Assembly (NCBI GenBank): GCA_041649755.1
Contig: JBAZMK010000002.1
Coordinates: forward strand, 26,247 to 90,246
Direction: 5' to 3'
Length of the DNA stretch: 64,000 nucleotides
Origin: Candidatus Pacearchaeota archaeon
Lineage (GTDB): Archaea > Nanobdellota > Nanobdellia > Pacearchaeales > GW2011-AR1
Under the pieces are notes generated by a model. It had not been told where the DNA came from, ran no database searches, and was given only the letters and a program-made list of their open reading frames with translations. Within the stretch, counting starts at the first letter, position 1. Each line of letters opens with the position of its first letter. Positions 8,119 to 17,822 of the stretch are shown in pieces. Both the position numbers and the translations under genes were made by a program.

Positions 8119-10781
8119 TTCACCCCTTTAAAATCTTGATTAAAATCCTGCATATTCTCTTCCCATAAATTTAGCCTATCGCCAATTATCTTAACTACAT
8201 CTATAACAACTATTATCAGAAAAGAAGTAAGAAAAATAGGAATAAGATAGTAATAAGGTATTGAAGTAAGATTAATAAAAGAACCTATAGGAGAATAAAT
8301 TAAAAATACTGTTATCAAGAGAACAAGTACAGAAGCATAAAATAAAAACTTATTCGTAAATGGCGACCTATTAATTGTAAGCTTTCTGAAACTCCTAAAA
8401 TTATAGCTATTAAAAGTTGCAAAGAAAACCATACAAGCAAAAACAAGCGTCATTGATTCTTTAAGCTCCATATAAGAAAGAGTATGATAAAAAACCGTTA
8501 AAGCACTTAGACAGATAATTAATCCAGAGAAGACTATCAGCAAAAACAAGGGCTTAGAGACTATACTTGACTTTCTACGGGGTTTGGTTGTCATAACATC
8601 TTTTGAATATGGATTAAAAGCAAGAGTAATTGCCGTAAGTTCATCAGAGAAGATGTTCATAAAAAGAATTTGGATTGCAACCAGCGGAAGGGGAAGCCCT
8701 AGGAGAACCGATAGAAAAATAATGGCTACCTGAGCAAAATTAATTGAAATCTGATAGGAAGCAAATTTCTGAATGTTTGTAAAAATCGTCCTGCCTTCTT
8801 TTATAGCATCAATAATTGCAGCAAAATTATCGTCCTTCAGAGTCAGGTCTGCAACAGAACGAGAAACATCGGTTCCGCTCCTTCCCATGGCCACGCCAAT
8901 ATGCGCTTCTTTTAAGGCGGGAGCGTCATTCACTCCATCACCTGTCATCGTCACAACCTCACCATTAGCCTTAAGTGCCTGAACAATTCTAAGTTTATGC
9001 TCTGGCTTGACTCTTGAAAAAATAACTGTTTTCATCACTCTACGAACCAGTTCACGATCTGTAATCTTTTCTAACTCCTCTCCTTCTATTACTTCCCCCT
9101 CATCAAGACCAATTTGCTTCGCAATAGAAATCGCCGTCTCCCGATTATCCCCTGTAATCATCTTGACACGAATTCCGGCATTTCTGCAAGTCTCAACAGC
9201 CTCTTTAACTTCTTCTCTTGGAGGGTCGCTCATTCCAACAAGTCCAAGAAAAATCAAATCGTCCTCTAAACCCTCCTTAGAAACACCATTAGTCTTCTTA
9301 TAAGCAAAGGCAAGAGTTCTAAGTGTTCCAGAAGTAAAATTCCTATTGCAATCTTTAATGAGTTCCCTTTCTCTATTCAACATCTTAAAAACCCCGCTAT
9401 CTCTCTGTATATACTTGCACTTAGGAAGCAAAACCTCTAGAGCCCCTTTAGCATATACAACTTTTTTCTTTGATTCGCTACACATTATAGTCATCATCTT
9501 TCTCTCAGAAGTAAAGGGAATTTCTTTCTCCCTCTCTAAATCTATATCTTCTTTAAACAACCCCACCTTAGAAGCCATAATAAGCAAAGAAGCCTCGGTA
9601 GGTGTCCCCATTATATTATAGGTTTTTCCTTCCTCTGACCTTGAAATTTTTGAATCGTTACATAAAACGGCAGTCCTTAGAAGATTCTTCAAAGACTTCT
9701 CTTTTTCAACGTTAACCTTTTTAGAATTAAACAAAATCTCACCTTTTCGCGAGTATCCAGTACCAGATATATCATAAATCCTATTATCAGAAAGTACTTT
9801 CAAACAAGTCATTTCTCCTTTTGTTATAGTTCCTGTCTTATCAGAACAAATCACTGTAGTCTCCCCCAAGGTCTCAATTATAGACATCCTATTTACTACA
9901 GCATTTTTCTTAGCCATTCTATATGAACCAGAAGCCAAAGAAGTTATCAAAACTACTGGAAAGCCCTCTGGAAAAGAAGCAACACAAACAGCGATAACCA
10001 TTATCAAAACTTCTGAAAGAAATTCAAAATTAAAACTATGAGCCCTAATGACCATAATAATCCCTGTTAAAATAGCAAAAAGAGAACCAAAAATAACCAT
10101 ATACTTTGCGATAGAATTAACTTTCTTCTGTAGAGGGAGTTCTTTTTCTGTCTCAGAAATCATCTCTGCTATCTCACCAAAACGGGTTTCCATTCCTGTA
10201 CGGATAACCTTTGCAACACACTTCCCATCAATAATAAAAGAACCCATAAATAGAACATTCTTATCCTTGAATTTTTTCTCACTTTTAGTAGCAAACTTTT
10301 TTACTCCGGAAGACTCCCCAGTAAGTACAGCTTCACTAATAAGAAGGTCATTTTCTTTAAGAACAATACAATCAGCAGGAACCCTCTCCCCATTTCTTAA
10401 AATCAAAATATCTCCTGGCACAATCTCTTTTGAACTAATCTCTTTTTCAATCCCGTCTCGGAGTACAATAGAAACAGGCATTATCATACTTTTAAGTGCA
10501 AAAACAGCCTTCTCTGCCTTATACTCCTGAAAAAACCCAACTAAAATCACTATAAAAATAATACCTAAAATAATATACCCTGTAACTATCTTTTCTCCCC
10601 CAACAAAAAAACACAAAACCATAGCAAAAAACAGAATATAAATGACAAAATTACTTTTAACCTGCCTTAATAAAATTTTCAATGGGTGAACCTGAGATGT
10701 ATCTTTAATCTCATTAAAACCATAACTCCTTAAACTCTTTCTAGCTTCTTCAGAAGTCAAACCTCTCGTACTCCCCCCCAT
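8115..10781 (-). CDS. Cation-transporting P-type ATPase (type II, Ca2+/cation pump-like)
   Basis: It has the phosphorylation motif 'CSDKTGTIT' and the hinge motif 'MTGDGVNDAPALK'. About 10 TM segments are predicted and it is 888 aa. Confidence 0.85.
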   Translation of the reverse strand: MGGSTRGLTSEEARKSLRSYGFNEIKDTSQVHPLKILLRQVKSNFVIYILFFAMVLCFFVGGEKIVTGYIILGIIFIVILVGFFQEYKAEKAVFALKSMIMPVSIVLRDGIEKEISSKEIVPGDILILRNGERVPADCIVLKENDLLISEAVLTGESSGVKKFATKSEKKFKDKNVLFMGSFIIDGKCVAKVIRTGMETRFGEIAEMISETEKELPLQKKVNSIAKYMVIFGSLFAILTGIIMVIRAHSFNFEFLSEVLIMVIAVCVASFPEGFPVVLITSLASGSYRMAKKNAVVNRMSIIETLGETTVICSDKTGTITKGEMTCLKVLSDNRIYDISGTGYSRKGEILFNSKKVNVEKEKSLKNLLRTAVLCNDSKISRSEEGKTYNIMGTPTEASLLIMASKVGLFKEDIDLEREKEIPFTSERKMMTIMCSESKKKVVYAKGALEVLLPKCKYIQRDSGVFKMLNRERELIKDCNRNFTSGTLRTLAFAYKKTNGVSKEGLEDDLIFLGLVGMSDPPREEVKEAVETCRNAGIRVKMITGDNRETAISIAKQIGLDEGEVIEGEELEKITDRELVRRVMKTVIFSRVKPEHKLRIVQALKANGEVVTMTGDGVNDAPALKEAHIGVAMGRSGTDVSRSVADLTLKDDNFAAIIDAIKEGRTIFTNIQKFASYQISINFAQVAIIFLSVLLGLPLPLVAIQILFMNIFSDELTAITLAFNPYSKDVMTTKPRRKSSIVSKPLFLLIVFSGLIICLSALTVFYHTLSYMELKESMTLVFACMVFFATFNSYNFRSFRKLTINRSPFTNKFLFYASVLVLLITVFLIYSPIGSFINLTSIPYYYLIPIFLTSFLIIVVIDVVKIIGDRLNLWEENMQDFNQDFKGVK

Positions 10782-10822
10782 AAAAAAAGAAAAGAAACTT
10801 CATTAATAAATATTTGGATAAA

Positions 10823-10999
10823 TTAACAAGAATCTGTATTTTCAACTTCTTCTATATCTCCTTCAGCCCTCTCAAGTGAAAGCGCCGCATCTTCTAATGT
10901 CTCTCTGCACTTGCCTTTCATATTCTTTGCAGTGTCCATTACAATCTCTCCAGCAACTTTCACATGCTCTTCAGCCCTCTCAAGCTCATCTTTTTCCAT
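10823..10999 (-). CDS. Small hypothetical protein (58 aa) with internal LERAE repeat; not in the supplied ORF track
   Basis: Manual translation gives MEKDELERAEEHVKVAGEIVMDTAKNMKGKCRETLEDAALSLERAEGDIEEVENTDSC. A TATA-like TTTATATA lies about 30 nt upstream on the minus strand, suggesting a possible leaderless transcript. Confidence 0.25.
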   Translation of the reverse strand: MEKDELERAEEHVKVAGEIVMDTAKNMKGKCRETLEDAALSLERAEGDIEEVENTDSC

Positions 11000-11080
11000 A
11001 ATCTTCAGACAAATCTATTCTATATAAATGTATTGATACAAAGATAAATTTAAATAGCTCTACAGACTAAATAGTTAAAG

Positions 11081-12058
11081 ATGGTGAATGTAGCAATAAA
11101 CGGAATCGGAAGAATAGGAAAAGCCGTTTTAAAAATATGTTTAGAGAAAAAAATAAATGTAGTTGCTATCAATGACTTGACTCCTATAGAAAGTATGGTC
11201 TATTTATTAAAGTATGATTCTGTATATGGAAATTATGAAGAAAAAGTTGAAACAGGAAAAGATTTTCTAAAAATAGGAAGCCAAAAAATAAAAGTATTCA
11301 ACGAAACAAATCCTGAAAACTTGCCTTGGAAAGAACTGAAAGTAGACGTAGTTATTGAGTCAACAGGAATTTTCACTGACAGAGAAGGAGCACAAAAACA
11401 TATCAATGCTGGAGCAAAAAAAGTAATAATCTCCGCACCAGCAAAAAATCCGGATGTAACTATCGTTTTAGGAGTAAACGACAAAGACTTAAAAAAAGAA
11501 CATAAGGTAATCTCAATGGCTTCCTGCACGACTAATTGTCTCGCACCCATAGCAAAAATTCTGAACGAAGAATTTGGAATAGAAAAAGGTTTCATGACCA
11601 CAATCCACGCATATACGAATGACCAAAAAATCTTAGACGTCTCCCACAAAAAATTAAGAAGAGGACGGGCAGGAGCGATAAACTTAATACCTACATCATC
11701 CGGAGCAACAACCTCTGTTTCCGAAGTAATACCCGAACTTAAGGGAAAAATGAATGGACTCGCAGTACGTGCCCCTGTCGCCTGCGGAAGCTTAGTTGAT
11801 TTTACTGCAGAATTAAAAAGAAAGACCTCTGTTGAAGAGATAAATAAATCAATGAAAAAAGCTTCAGAAAAACTCAAAGGAATATTACAATACACCAATG
11901 ATGAAATAGTTTCTTCAGATATAATAAAAAACCCGCACACGTCAATATTTGATTCAACTTTAACTCAAGTGAATGGAAATCTTGTAAAAGTATTCTCATG
12001 GTATGACAACGAATATGGATATAGTTGCAAAATTGTAGATTTAATAAAAAAACTCTAA
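11081..12058 (+). CDS. gap: Glyceraldehyde-3-phosphate dehydrogenase, type I (bacterial/eukaryotic-type)
   Basis: The active-site motif 'ASCTTNCLAP' is present with an N-terminal 'INGIGRIGK' NAD-binding loop. It is 325 aa. Confidence 0.85.
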   Translation: MVNVAINGIGRIGKAVLKICLEKKINVVAINDLTPIESMVYLLKYDSVYGNYEEKVETGKDFLKIGSQKIKVFNETNPENLPWKELKVDVVIESTGIFTDREGAQKHINAGAKKVIISAPAKNPDVTIVLGVNDKDLKKEHKVISMASCTTNCLAPIAKILNEEFGIEKGFMTTIHAYTNDQKILDVSHKKLRRGRAGAINLIPTSSGATTSVSEVIPELKGKMNGLAVRAPVACGSLVDFTAELKRKTSVEEINKSMKKASEKLKGILQYTNDEIVSSDIIKNPHTSIFDSTLTQVNGNLVKVFSWYDNEYGYSCKIVDLIKKL

Positions 12059-12063
12059 ATAAA

Positions 12064-12990
12064 ATGGTTTACGACCTAATCATAATTGGGGCAGGTCCTG
12101 CCGGGATGACTGCTGCAATTTACGCAGCAAGAAACAAATTAAAATTTTTAATGATAAGTCTTGATATAGGGGGACAGGTTTCATGGAGCTCAGAAGTAGA
12201 TAACTACCCCGGACTACCTGACTGCACAGGAATAGAAATAGTAAATAAGTTCAAGGAACACCTAAAAGATTACAAAATAAAAGTGAAAATAGAAGAAGTT
12301 AAAGAGATAAAAAAAATAAAAAATTTCTTCAAAATCAAAACAAAAAATAAAGAATACAAAACAAAAACTATTATCCTTGCATCGGGCAAAAAACCGAAAA
12401 AACTTAATGTACCTGGAGAAGAAAAATTCCTAGGAAAAGGAGTATCTTACTGCACCACCTGCGAAATAAATCCTTATAAAAATAAAAAAGTTGCTATCAT
12501 TGGAGGTGGGAACTCGGGTCTTGAAGCAGCCTTATTTCTAACAAAACATTGTAAGAAAGTCTACGTAGTTGAAATCTTAGACCAAATAAACGGCGAAGAA
12601 TTCTTAAAAGAAAAAGTTAAAAAAAATAAAAAAATAAAAGTAATAACTGGTGCAAGGGTCAAAGAGATCCTAGGAAACCAGAAAGTCCACTCAATAAAAT
12701 ACGAAAAAAGCAACAGGGTGGAATCATTAAAAATTGAAGGAATATTTATTGAAATAGGACTTATAACTATTCTAGACTTTGCAAAGATTATAAAGAAAAA
12801 TCAGTGGAATGAGATTATGATTTTCAGAAGCACAAAAACCCACGAAGAAAATATGACAAACATTCCAGGGATATTCGCTGCAGGAGACTGCACTGATATA
12901 CCCACAAAACAAATCGTAGTCGCTGCAGGAGAAGGAGCAAAAGCAGCATTAGCGGCGATTGATTATATAAATAGAACCGATAAAAAATGA
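12064..12990 (+). CDS. trxB: Thioredoxin-disulfide reductase-like FAD/NAD(P) oxidoreductase
   Basis: It carries the FAD motif 'YDLIIIGAGPAGMTAA', a redox CxxC 'CTTC', the NAD(P) motif 'VAIIGGGNSGLE' and 'GIFAAGDC'. The start is placed at ATG 12064 because the longer ORF would overlap gap. Confidence 0.65.
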   Translation: MVYDLIIIGAGPAGMTAAIYAARNKLKFLMISLDIGGQVSWSSEVDNYPGLPDCTGIEIVNKFKEHLKDYKIKVKIEEVKEIKKIKNFFKIKTKNKEYKTKTIILASGKKPKKLNVPGEEKFLGKGVSYCTTCEINPYKNKKVAIIGGGNSGLEAALFLTKHCKKVYVVEILDQINGEEFLKEKVKKNKKIKVITGARVKEILGNQKVHSIKYEKSNRVESLKIEGIFIEIGLITILDFAKIIKKNQWNEIMIFRSTKTHEENMTNIPGIFAAGDCTDIPTKQIVVAAGEGAKAALAAIDYINRTDKK

Positions 12991-14120
12991 AAACACTATC
13001 TGACTTTAATTTTAAAAACAAAACAGTTATTCTTCGGTCAGACCTCAATTCAGATGTCATAAAAGGAAAAATAATCCCCTCAGAAAGAATTAAAGAATCT
13101 GCCGAAACAATTAAAGAGCTAAAAAACAAAGGAGCAAAAGTCATAGTAATAGCCCACCAAGGAAGCCCTGGAAAAGAAGATTTTATTTCATTAAAACAAC
13201 ATTCAAAAATTTTAAAGAAGTATACCAAAATTAAATTTGTAAAAGATATCATAGGGAAAAAAGCGATCTCAAAAATAAAAAATCTAAAACCGGGAAAAGC
13301 AATTCTTTTAGAAAATATAAGATTTGAAAAAGAGGAATTTAAAACAGATAAAAAAAATTATTTAATAGGAAAACTCTCTTCTCTCGCAGACTTCTATGTT
13401 AATGACGCATTCTCAGTTTGCCATCGTGAACAGGCATCAATAGTTCTTTTCCCAAAATATTTAGAAAGTTGTGCTGGTCGTCTCTTAGAAAAAGAAGTTA
13501 ATGCCCTAAAAAAATTAAAAATAAAGAATTGTCTTTACATTCTCGCAGGAGCAAAACCATCAGATAATTTAAAATTAATGAAAGAAAAAAAAATCCTTGC
13601 ATGTGGCCTCTTTGGACAAATGTGTTTAATTGCAAAAGGGAAGAAACTGGGGGCTCAAGAAGTATACCTAAGGAATATAATAAAAGATTTTGGTAAAATA
13701 ATCGGTATACTAAAGAATAAACAAAAAAATGTGATGACACCAATTGACTTCGCAGTAAAATTTAAAGGAAAAAGAAAAGAAATTGGATTAGAAGACTTCC
13801 CGGTTAACTTTGAAATTTTTGATATTGGAGAAAAAACAATTAATATATTTGTAAAAGAAATAAAAAAAGCAAAAGCGATTTATATGAAAGGTCCTGCAGG
13901 AGACTGTTCAAACAAAAACTTCAGAAAAGGAACATTCAAAATTCTGAAAGCAATAAGTGAATCAAAAGGATTCTCAGTAATCGGTGGGGGACATTTAAGC
14001 GACGCAATAGAAAAATCTAAAATTGACAAAAATAAGTTCAATCATGTTAGCTTATCAGGGGGTGCACTCTTAAATTACATTGCTGGAGAAAAACTCCCAG
14101 GTCTTGAAGCACTAAAATGA
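12987..14120 (+). CDS. pgk: Phosphoglycerate kinase
   Basis: It has the N-terminal 'ILRSDLNSDV' and a C-terminal 'VIGGGH' (GGGD-like) hinge. It is 377 aa and sits in a glycolytic neighbourhood. Confidence 0.7.
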   Translation: MKTLSDFNFKNKTVILRSDLNSDVIKGKIIPSERIKESAETIKELKNKGAKVIVIAHQGSPGKEDFISLKQHSKILKKYTKIKFVKDIIGKKAISKIKNLKPGKAILLENIRFEKEEFKTDKKNYLIGKLSSLADFYVNDAFSVCHREQASIVLFPKYLESCAGRLLEKEVNALKKLKIKNCLYILAGAKPSDNLKLMKEKKILACGLFGQMCLIAKGKKLGAQEVYLRNIIKDFGKIIGILKNKQKNVMTPIDFAVKFKGKRKEIGLEDFPVNFEIFDIGEKTINIFVKEIKKAKAIYMKGPAGDCSNKNFRKGTFKILKAISESKGFSVIGGGHLSDAIEKSKIDKNKFNHVSLSGGALLNYIAGEKLPGLEALK

Positions 14121-14833
14121 GAATAATTAAAACAAAAAATTATAAAGAGTTATCAAAAAAAGCAACAGAAATCTTAGCCGAAGAAATAAAAAATAAACCA
14201 GACACAACCCTTTTACTTCCTACTGGGAAAACACCTCTTGGGCTTTATAAAAATTTAGTCAAAAAGTATAATAAAAAAAGAATTGATTTCTCAAAAATTA
14301 AAATTTTCAACCTTGACGAGTATTATCTTATAGATAAAGATGACAAAAGAAGTTTTAATTATTATTTAAGAAAAAATCTTCTTGATAAGATTAATGCAAA
14401 AAAAGAAAATGTTTTACTGATAAATGGAAAATCAAAAGACTCAAAGAAAGAATGTGAAAATTACGAGAACAAAATAAGAAAAAATCCAGTTGACATTGCA
14501 ATTTTAGGGGTAGGAAAAAACGGACATATAGCATTTAACGAACCAAGCTCAAAATTTAATTCAAAAACAAGGCTGGTAAAACTAACCAATGAAACAATAA
14601 AAAGAAACTCTTCCTTTTTTAAAAAAGCCCCCAATAAAGCAATAACTTTAGGAATAAAAACTATTTTGTCTTCTAAAAAAATAGTTCTTTTGGCTTCTGG
14701 AAAAGAAAAAGCAAAAGCAATCAAAGAATTAGTTAGTAAAAGAATCTCGGAAGAATACCCTGTCAGTTTTTTAAAAAAACACAAAAATCTCCTTGTTATT
14801 ATTGACAAAGAAGCGGGAAAGTATATAAAATAA
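14117..14833 (+). CDS. Glucosamine-6-phosphate deaminase / 6-phosphogluconolactonase family protein
   Basis: Motifs 'LLLPTGKTPLGLY', 'FNLDEY' and 'ILGVGKNGHIAFNEP' match the NagB/Pgl signature. Confidence 0.7.
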   Translation: MRIIKTKNYKELSKKATEILAEEIKNKPDTTLLLPTGKTPLGLYKNLVKKYNKKRIDFSKIKIFNLDEYYLIDKDDKRSFNYYLRKNLLDKINAKKENVLLINGKSKDSKKECENYENKIRKNPVDIAILGVGKNGHIAFNEPSSKFNSKTRLVKLTNETIKRNSSFFKKAPNKAITLGIKTILSSKKIVLLASGKEKAKAIKELVSKRISEEYPVSFLKKHKNLLVIIDKEAGKYIK

Positions 14834-14850
14834 AAATCCTTAGGTAAAAT

Positions 14851-15945
14851 ATGATTGAAAAAGCATACAAAAAAGCCCTTGAAACAATAGACCTTTGTTC
14901 TCAAAAGCAAGGACTTTACGCATCTGGAGGAAAAAAAGGCTATAGAGGAGTCTGGGCACGAGACAGCATTATTAGTTTAATAGGCGCTATAACTGAAGAT
15001 AAAAAAGACTACAAAGAAATTTTCAAAAGAAGCCTCTTAACCCTAGGAGAAAAACAAAGCAAAAGAGGACAAATACCCAACGCAGTCCACGGATTTGAAG
15101 ATAAAAAACTAAAAGTAGATTACATCTCAATCGATTCTAGCCTTTGGTTCATAATCGGACACTATATCTATAAAGAAAAATACGGAAATTCCCTCTTCAA
15201 AAAAGAAAATAAAAAAATAAAAAAAGCTCTCACTTGGATTGAATATCGCGATTTCGGAGAAGAAGGCTTACCTGACCAACTGCCCACAACCGACTGGCAG
15301 GACGCCTTCCCCCATAAATACGGCGAAGTAATAAACACACAAGCCCTATACTATAAAATTCTAAAACTAATGAAAAACAAAAAAGCAAACAAGATTAGAA
15401 AAATAGTAAATCAAGACAAAGAACATGGTCTTTGGAATGGAAATTATTACTGGGCATACCGCTGGAAAAATCACAATAAGTATAAAGAAATCGGCGAGTG
15501 GTTCGACAGCCTCGGAAACCTTTTAGCAATAATCTTTGACTTAGCCGATAAAAAACAATCAGAAAAAATCATCACTTACATAAAGAAAAACAAAATTAAC
15601 AAACCTTTTCCTGTAAAAGCAATCTGGCCCCCAATAAAAAAAGGAAGCAAATATTGGGAGGATTATTTTTTAGATTGCGACGCAGGAAAACCTTTTCATT
15701 ACCTTAACGGAGGAATCTGGCCGTTCATCGGGGGTTTCTACGTTCTTGCCTTAATAAAAATGAAAAAATTTAAAGAAGCAAAAAAAGAACTACAACTTCT
15801 TGCCGAGTCAAACACAAAAAATAATCCTTTCCCGGAGTGGATAAATCCTCTTGACAAAAAAACCCATGGAGTCTATCAAGCATGGAGTGCAGGGCTCTAC
15901 ATCTTAGCTTACAACTCTTTGAAAAAGAAAAAAGTTTTAATCTAA
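14851..15945 (+). CDS. (alpha/alpha)6-barrel glycoside hydrolase (GDE_C / GH15-GH63-GH100 clan-like)
   Basis: The motif 'GYRGVWARDSIISL' and multiple aromatic-rich segments are typical of amylo-1,6-glucosidase/glucoamylase-type toroids. Confidence 0.45.
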   Translation: MIEKAYKKALETIDLCSQKQGLYASGGKKGYRGVWARDSIISLIGAITEDKKDYKEIFKRSLLTLGEKQSKRGQIPNAVHGFEDKKLKVDYISIDSSLWFIIGHYIYKEKYGNSLFKKENKKIKKALTWIEYRDFGEEGLPDQLPTTDWQDAFPHKYGEVINTQALYYKILKLMKNKKANKIRKIVNQDKEHGLWNGNYYWAYRWKNHNKYKEIGEWFDSLGNLLAIIFDLADKKQSEKIITYIKKNKINKPFPVKAIWPPIKKGSKYWEDYFLDCDAGKPFHYLNGGIWPFIGGFYVLALIKMKKFKEAKKELQLLAESNTKNNPFPEWINPLDKKTHGVYQAWSAGLYILAYNSLKKKKVLI

Positions 15946-15982
15946 TTAGTTTCAATTATGAAATTATTTTTCTTCAAAACAC

Positions 15983-17131
15983 TCACAAACCTAATTTCTC
16001 CTTAATAACGTCAAGCATTTTCTTACTGGTAACTCTATAATCAAGATTTTTGACAACATGTTCCCTTCCAGCTTTTCCCATCTGATTACGGAGCTTCTCA
16101 TCGGTTAAAAGTTTCAAAGTATACTTCTGCAAATCCTCTACGTCCGCCCTATAAGCAAAAGTCTTTGATTTATCAAACTTTACAATCTGCTTGGTGCAAA
16201 ACCCCATAGAAGGATAAGCCCACTCCTCATCTAATTGAACTTCCTCCGCAACTTTGGCTAAAAAGCCCGTCTTATTATGAACAATCGTTTCAGCAGGACC
16301 GCCAACATTTATAGAAATAACAGGTTTCCCGCAAGCCATAGCCTCAACCTGTATCATTCCAAAACCCTCAATTCTAGAAGGTGCGGCATAAATATCACAG
16401 CAATTCAAGACTTCAGCCATAAACTCGGGCGAAAAAGTATCATCAATAAAGACAACTTTGTCAATAATCCCAAGAGACTCCGCCAACTCCCTCTCGATAT
16501 CATGCCACTCGCCTGCACAGTCACTTGGCCAAGACTTACAGACATACTTCCAGTCCTTAAACTCTTTATCAATTTCGGCTAAAGCTCTCATCATTTCCTG
16601 CGCACCCTTAGAAGTAACGTCCCCCCCAATAGTTAAAATCATCTTCTCGTTATCCCTAACACCAAACATTCTTCTCAAGGCAAGCCTTTTCTCTTTATTT
16701 TTTTCAGTATTTTCCATAGGTTTAAACAAATCTGTATCTATCCCTATATGCATCGGAACAATCTTGCTGACATCAACACCATCACGGGCATAAATACTCC
16801 TTACCCACTCGCTCGTCGTAAACATCAGTTTAAGTTTGTTAAACTCTTCTTTATAATTAGCAACCCACCCATCAGCATTAAACCAAGGAATTGGAGTAAC
16901 ACCAAACTTTAAGGGTTCTTGAACAACTTCAGGAACATTCCCCCAAAATCCAACCCCGATAACAAAATCAAAATTCCCATTTCTCAGAAGAAACTCTTTC
17001 TGTATACTTTCCTTAAAGTGACAAGGAACAGCCTCAACACCCAAATTAAGCAACCCCTTATAAAGAAGATCTCCTTGCAGACTCTGTCCATCTGGCTCAG
17101 GGGGGTAGGCGTAAAGAATCAAAGCTTTCAT
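15983..17131 (-). CDS. Glycosyltransferase family 4 (GT-B fold; PIG-A/BshA/MshA-like)
   Basis: The C-terminal 'EGFGMIQVEAMACGKPVISINVGGPAETIVHNKTGFL' is the canonical GT4 EX7E region. Confidence 0.8.
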   Translation of the reverse strand: MKALILYAYPPEPDGQSLQGDLLYKGLLNLGVEAVPCHFKESIQKEFLLRNGNFDFVIGVGFWGNVPEVVQEPLKFGVTPIPWFNADGWVANYKEEFNKLKLMFTTSEWVRSIYARDGVDVSKIVPMHIGIDTDLFKPMENTEKNKEKRLALRRMFGVRDNEKMILTIGGDVTSKGAQEMMRALAEIDKEFKDWKYVCKSWPSDCAGEWHDIERELAESLGIIDKVVFIDDTFSPEFMAEVLNCCDIYAAPSRIEGFGMIQVEAMACGKPVISINVGGPAETIVHNKTGFLAKVAEEVQLDEEWAYPSMGFCTKQIVKFDKSKTFAYRADVEDLQKYTLKLLTDEKLRNQMGKAGREHVVKNLDYRVTSKKMLDVIKEKLGL

Positions 17132-17760
17132 CTTATTTTAACGAGATTAAATGCCTCAACCTTCTTGCAACATCTTTCTTCAAAACTATTTTCGTCAAAG
17201 CCATAAACCTGTTTAATTAAATTTTTTTTCTTAACTAAATCAGTGGATTGCAACCTTATAAATTTATCCGAACTCTTCTTTGCATAACAATGAGCTCCGC
17301 GCCTTGAATAAGAAAAGAAAAAAAGCTTATCACATCCTAGCATCCCATTCTCTATCATAAACTTTACAGCATTATGAACATCAATATGCCTCTTATGCCC
17401 ATATTCTCCATTCTCTCCGTGAGTAAAAATATAATCATACTTAGTTCTACTAATTAAAGATCTTATTCTGTCAACAACCTCTCTCAATTCAACATCTTCT
17501 AAAGAATCATCTTCTAAGTCTGACATAAAACAAGTAGCGTTATAATTCTCACAAACCTTCATAAATTTGGGCGCCCTGTCTGCGTCGTCTTTCCTGCATA
17601 GAGAAACAATCGTGATGTTCCACTTGTTCTGCAGAAGAGTTCCTCCCATCCAAATCGTTTCGTCGTCGGGATGAGCAACAATCACTAAGACCTCTTTCTT
17701 CATTAATAATCCTACTTCAATCAGATTTAAAAATCTTGTCATCACAAGAGACACAATCAA
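17128..17760 (-). CDS. PIG-L / LmbE family N-acetylglucosaminyl deacetylase
   Basis: The zinc-binding 'VIVAHPDDETIWMGGTL' and the downstream 'HxDH'-like 'HKRHIDVH' are present. It overlaps the GT4 gene by 4 nt. Confidence 0.75.
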   Translation of the reverse strand: MIVSLVMTRFLNLIEVGLLMKKEVLVIVAHPDDETIWMGGTLLQNKWNITIVSLCRKDDADRAPKFMKVCENYNATCFMSDLEDDSLEDVELREVVDRIRSLISRTKYDYIFTHGENGEYGHKRHIDVHNAVKFMIENGMLGCDKLFFFSYSRRGAHCYAKKSSDKFIRLQSTDLVKKKNLIKQVYGFDENSFEERCCKKVEAFNLVKIR

Positions 17761-17822
17761 ATCCTAACAAAATAAAGACAACATTTATTAACTTAACTAA
17801 ACATTTAATGAAAGGTGATAAA

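Noticed and set aside
11233-11940. 235-aa antisense ORF within gap
   Set aside because: It is fully embedded opposite the well-supported GAPDH CDS. Its composition is shadow-like.
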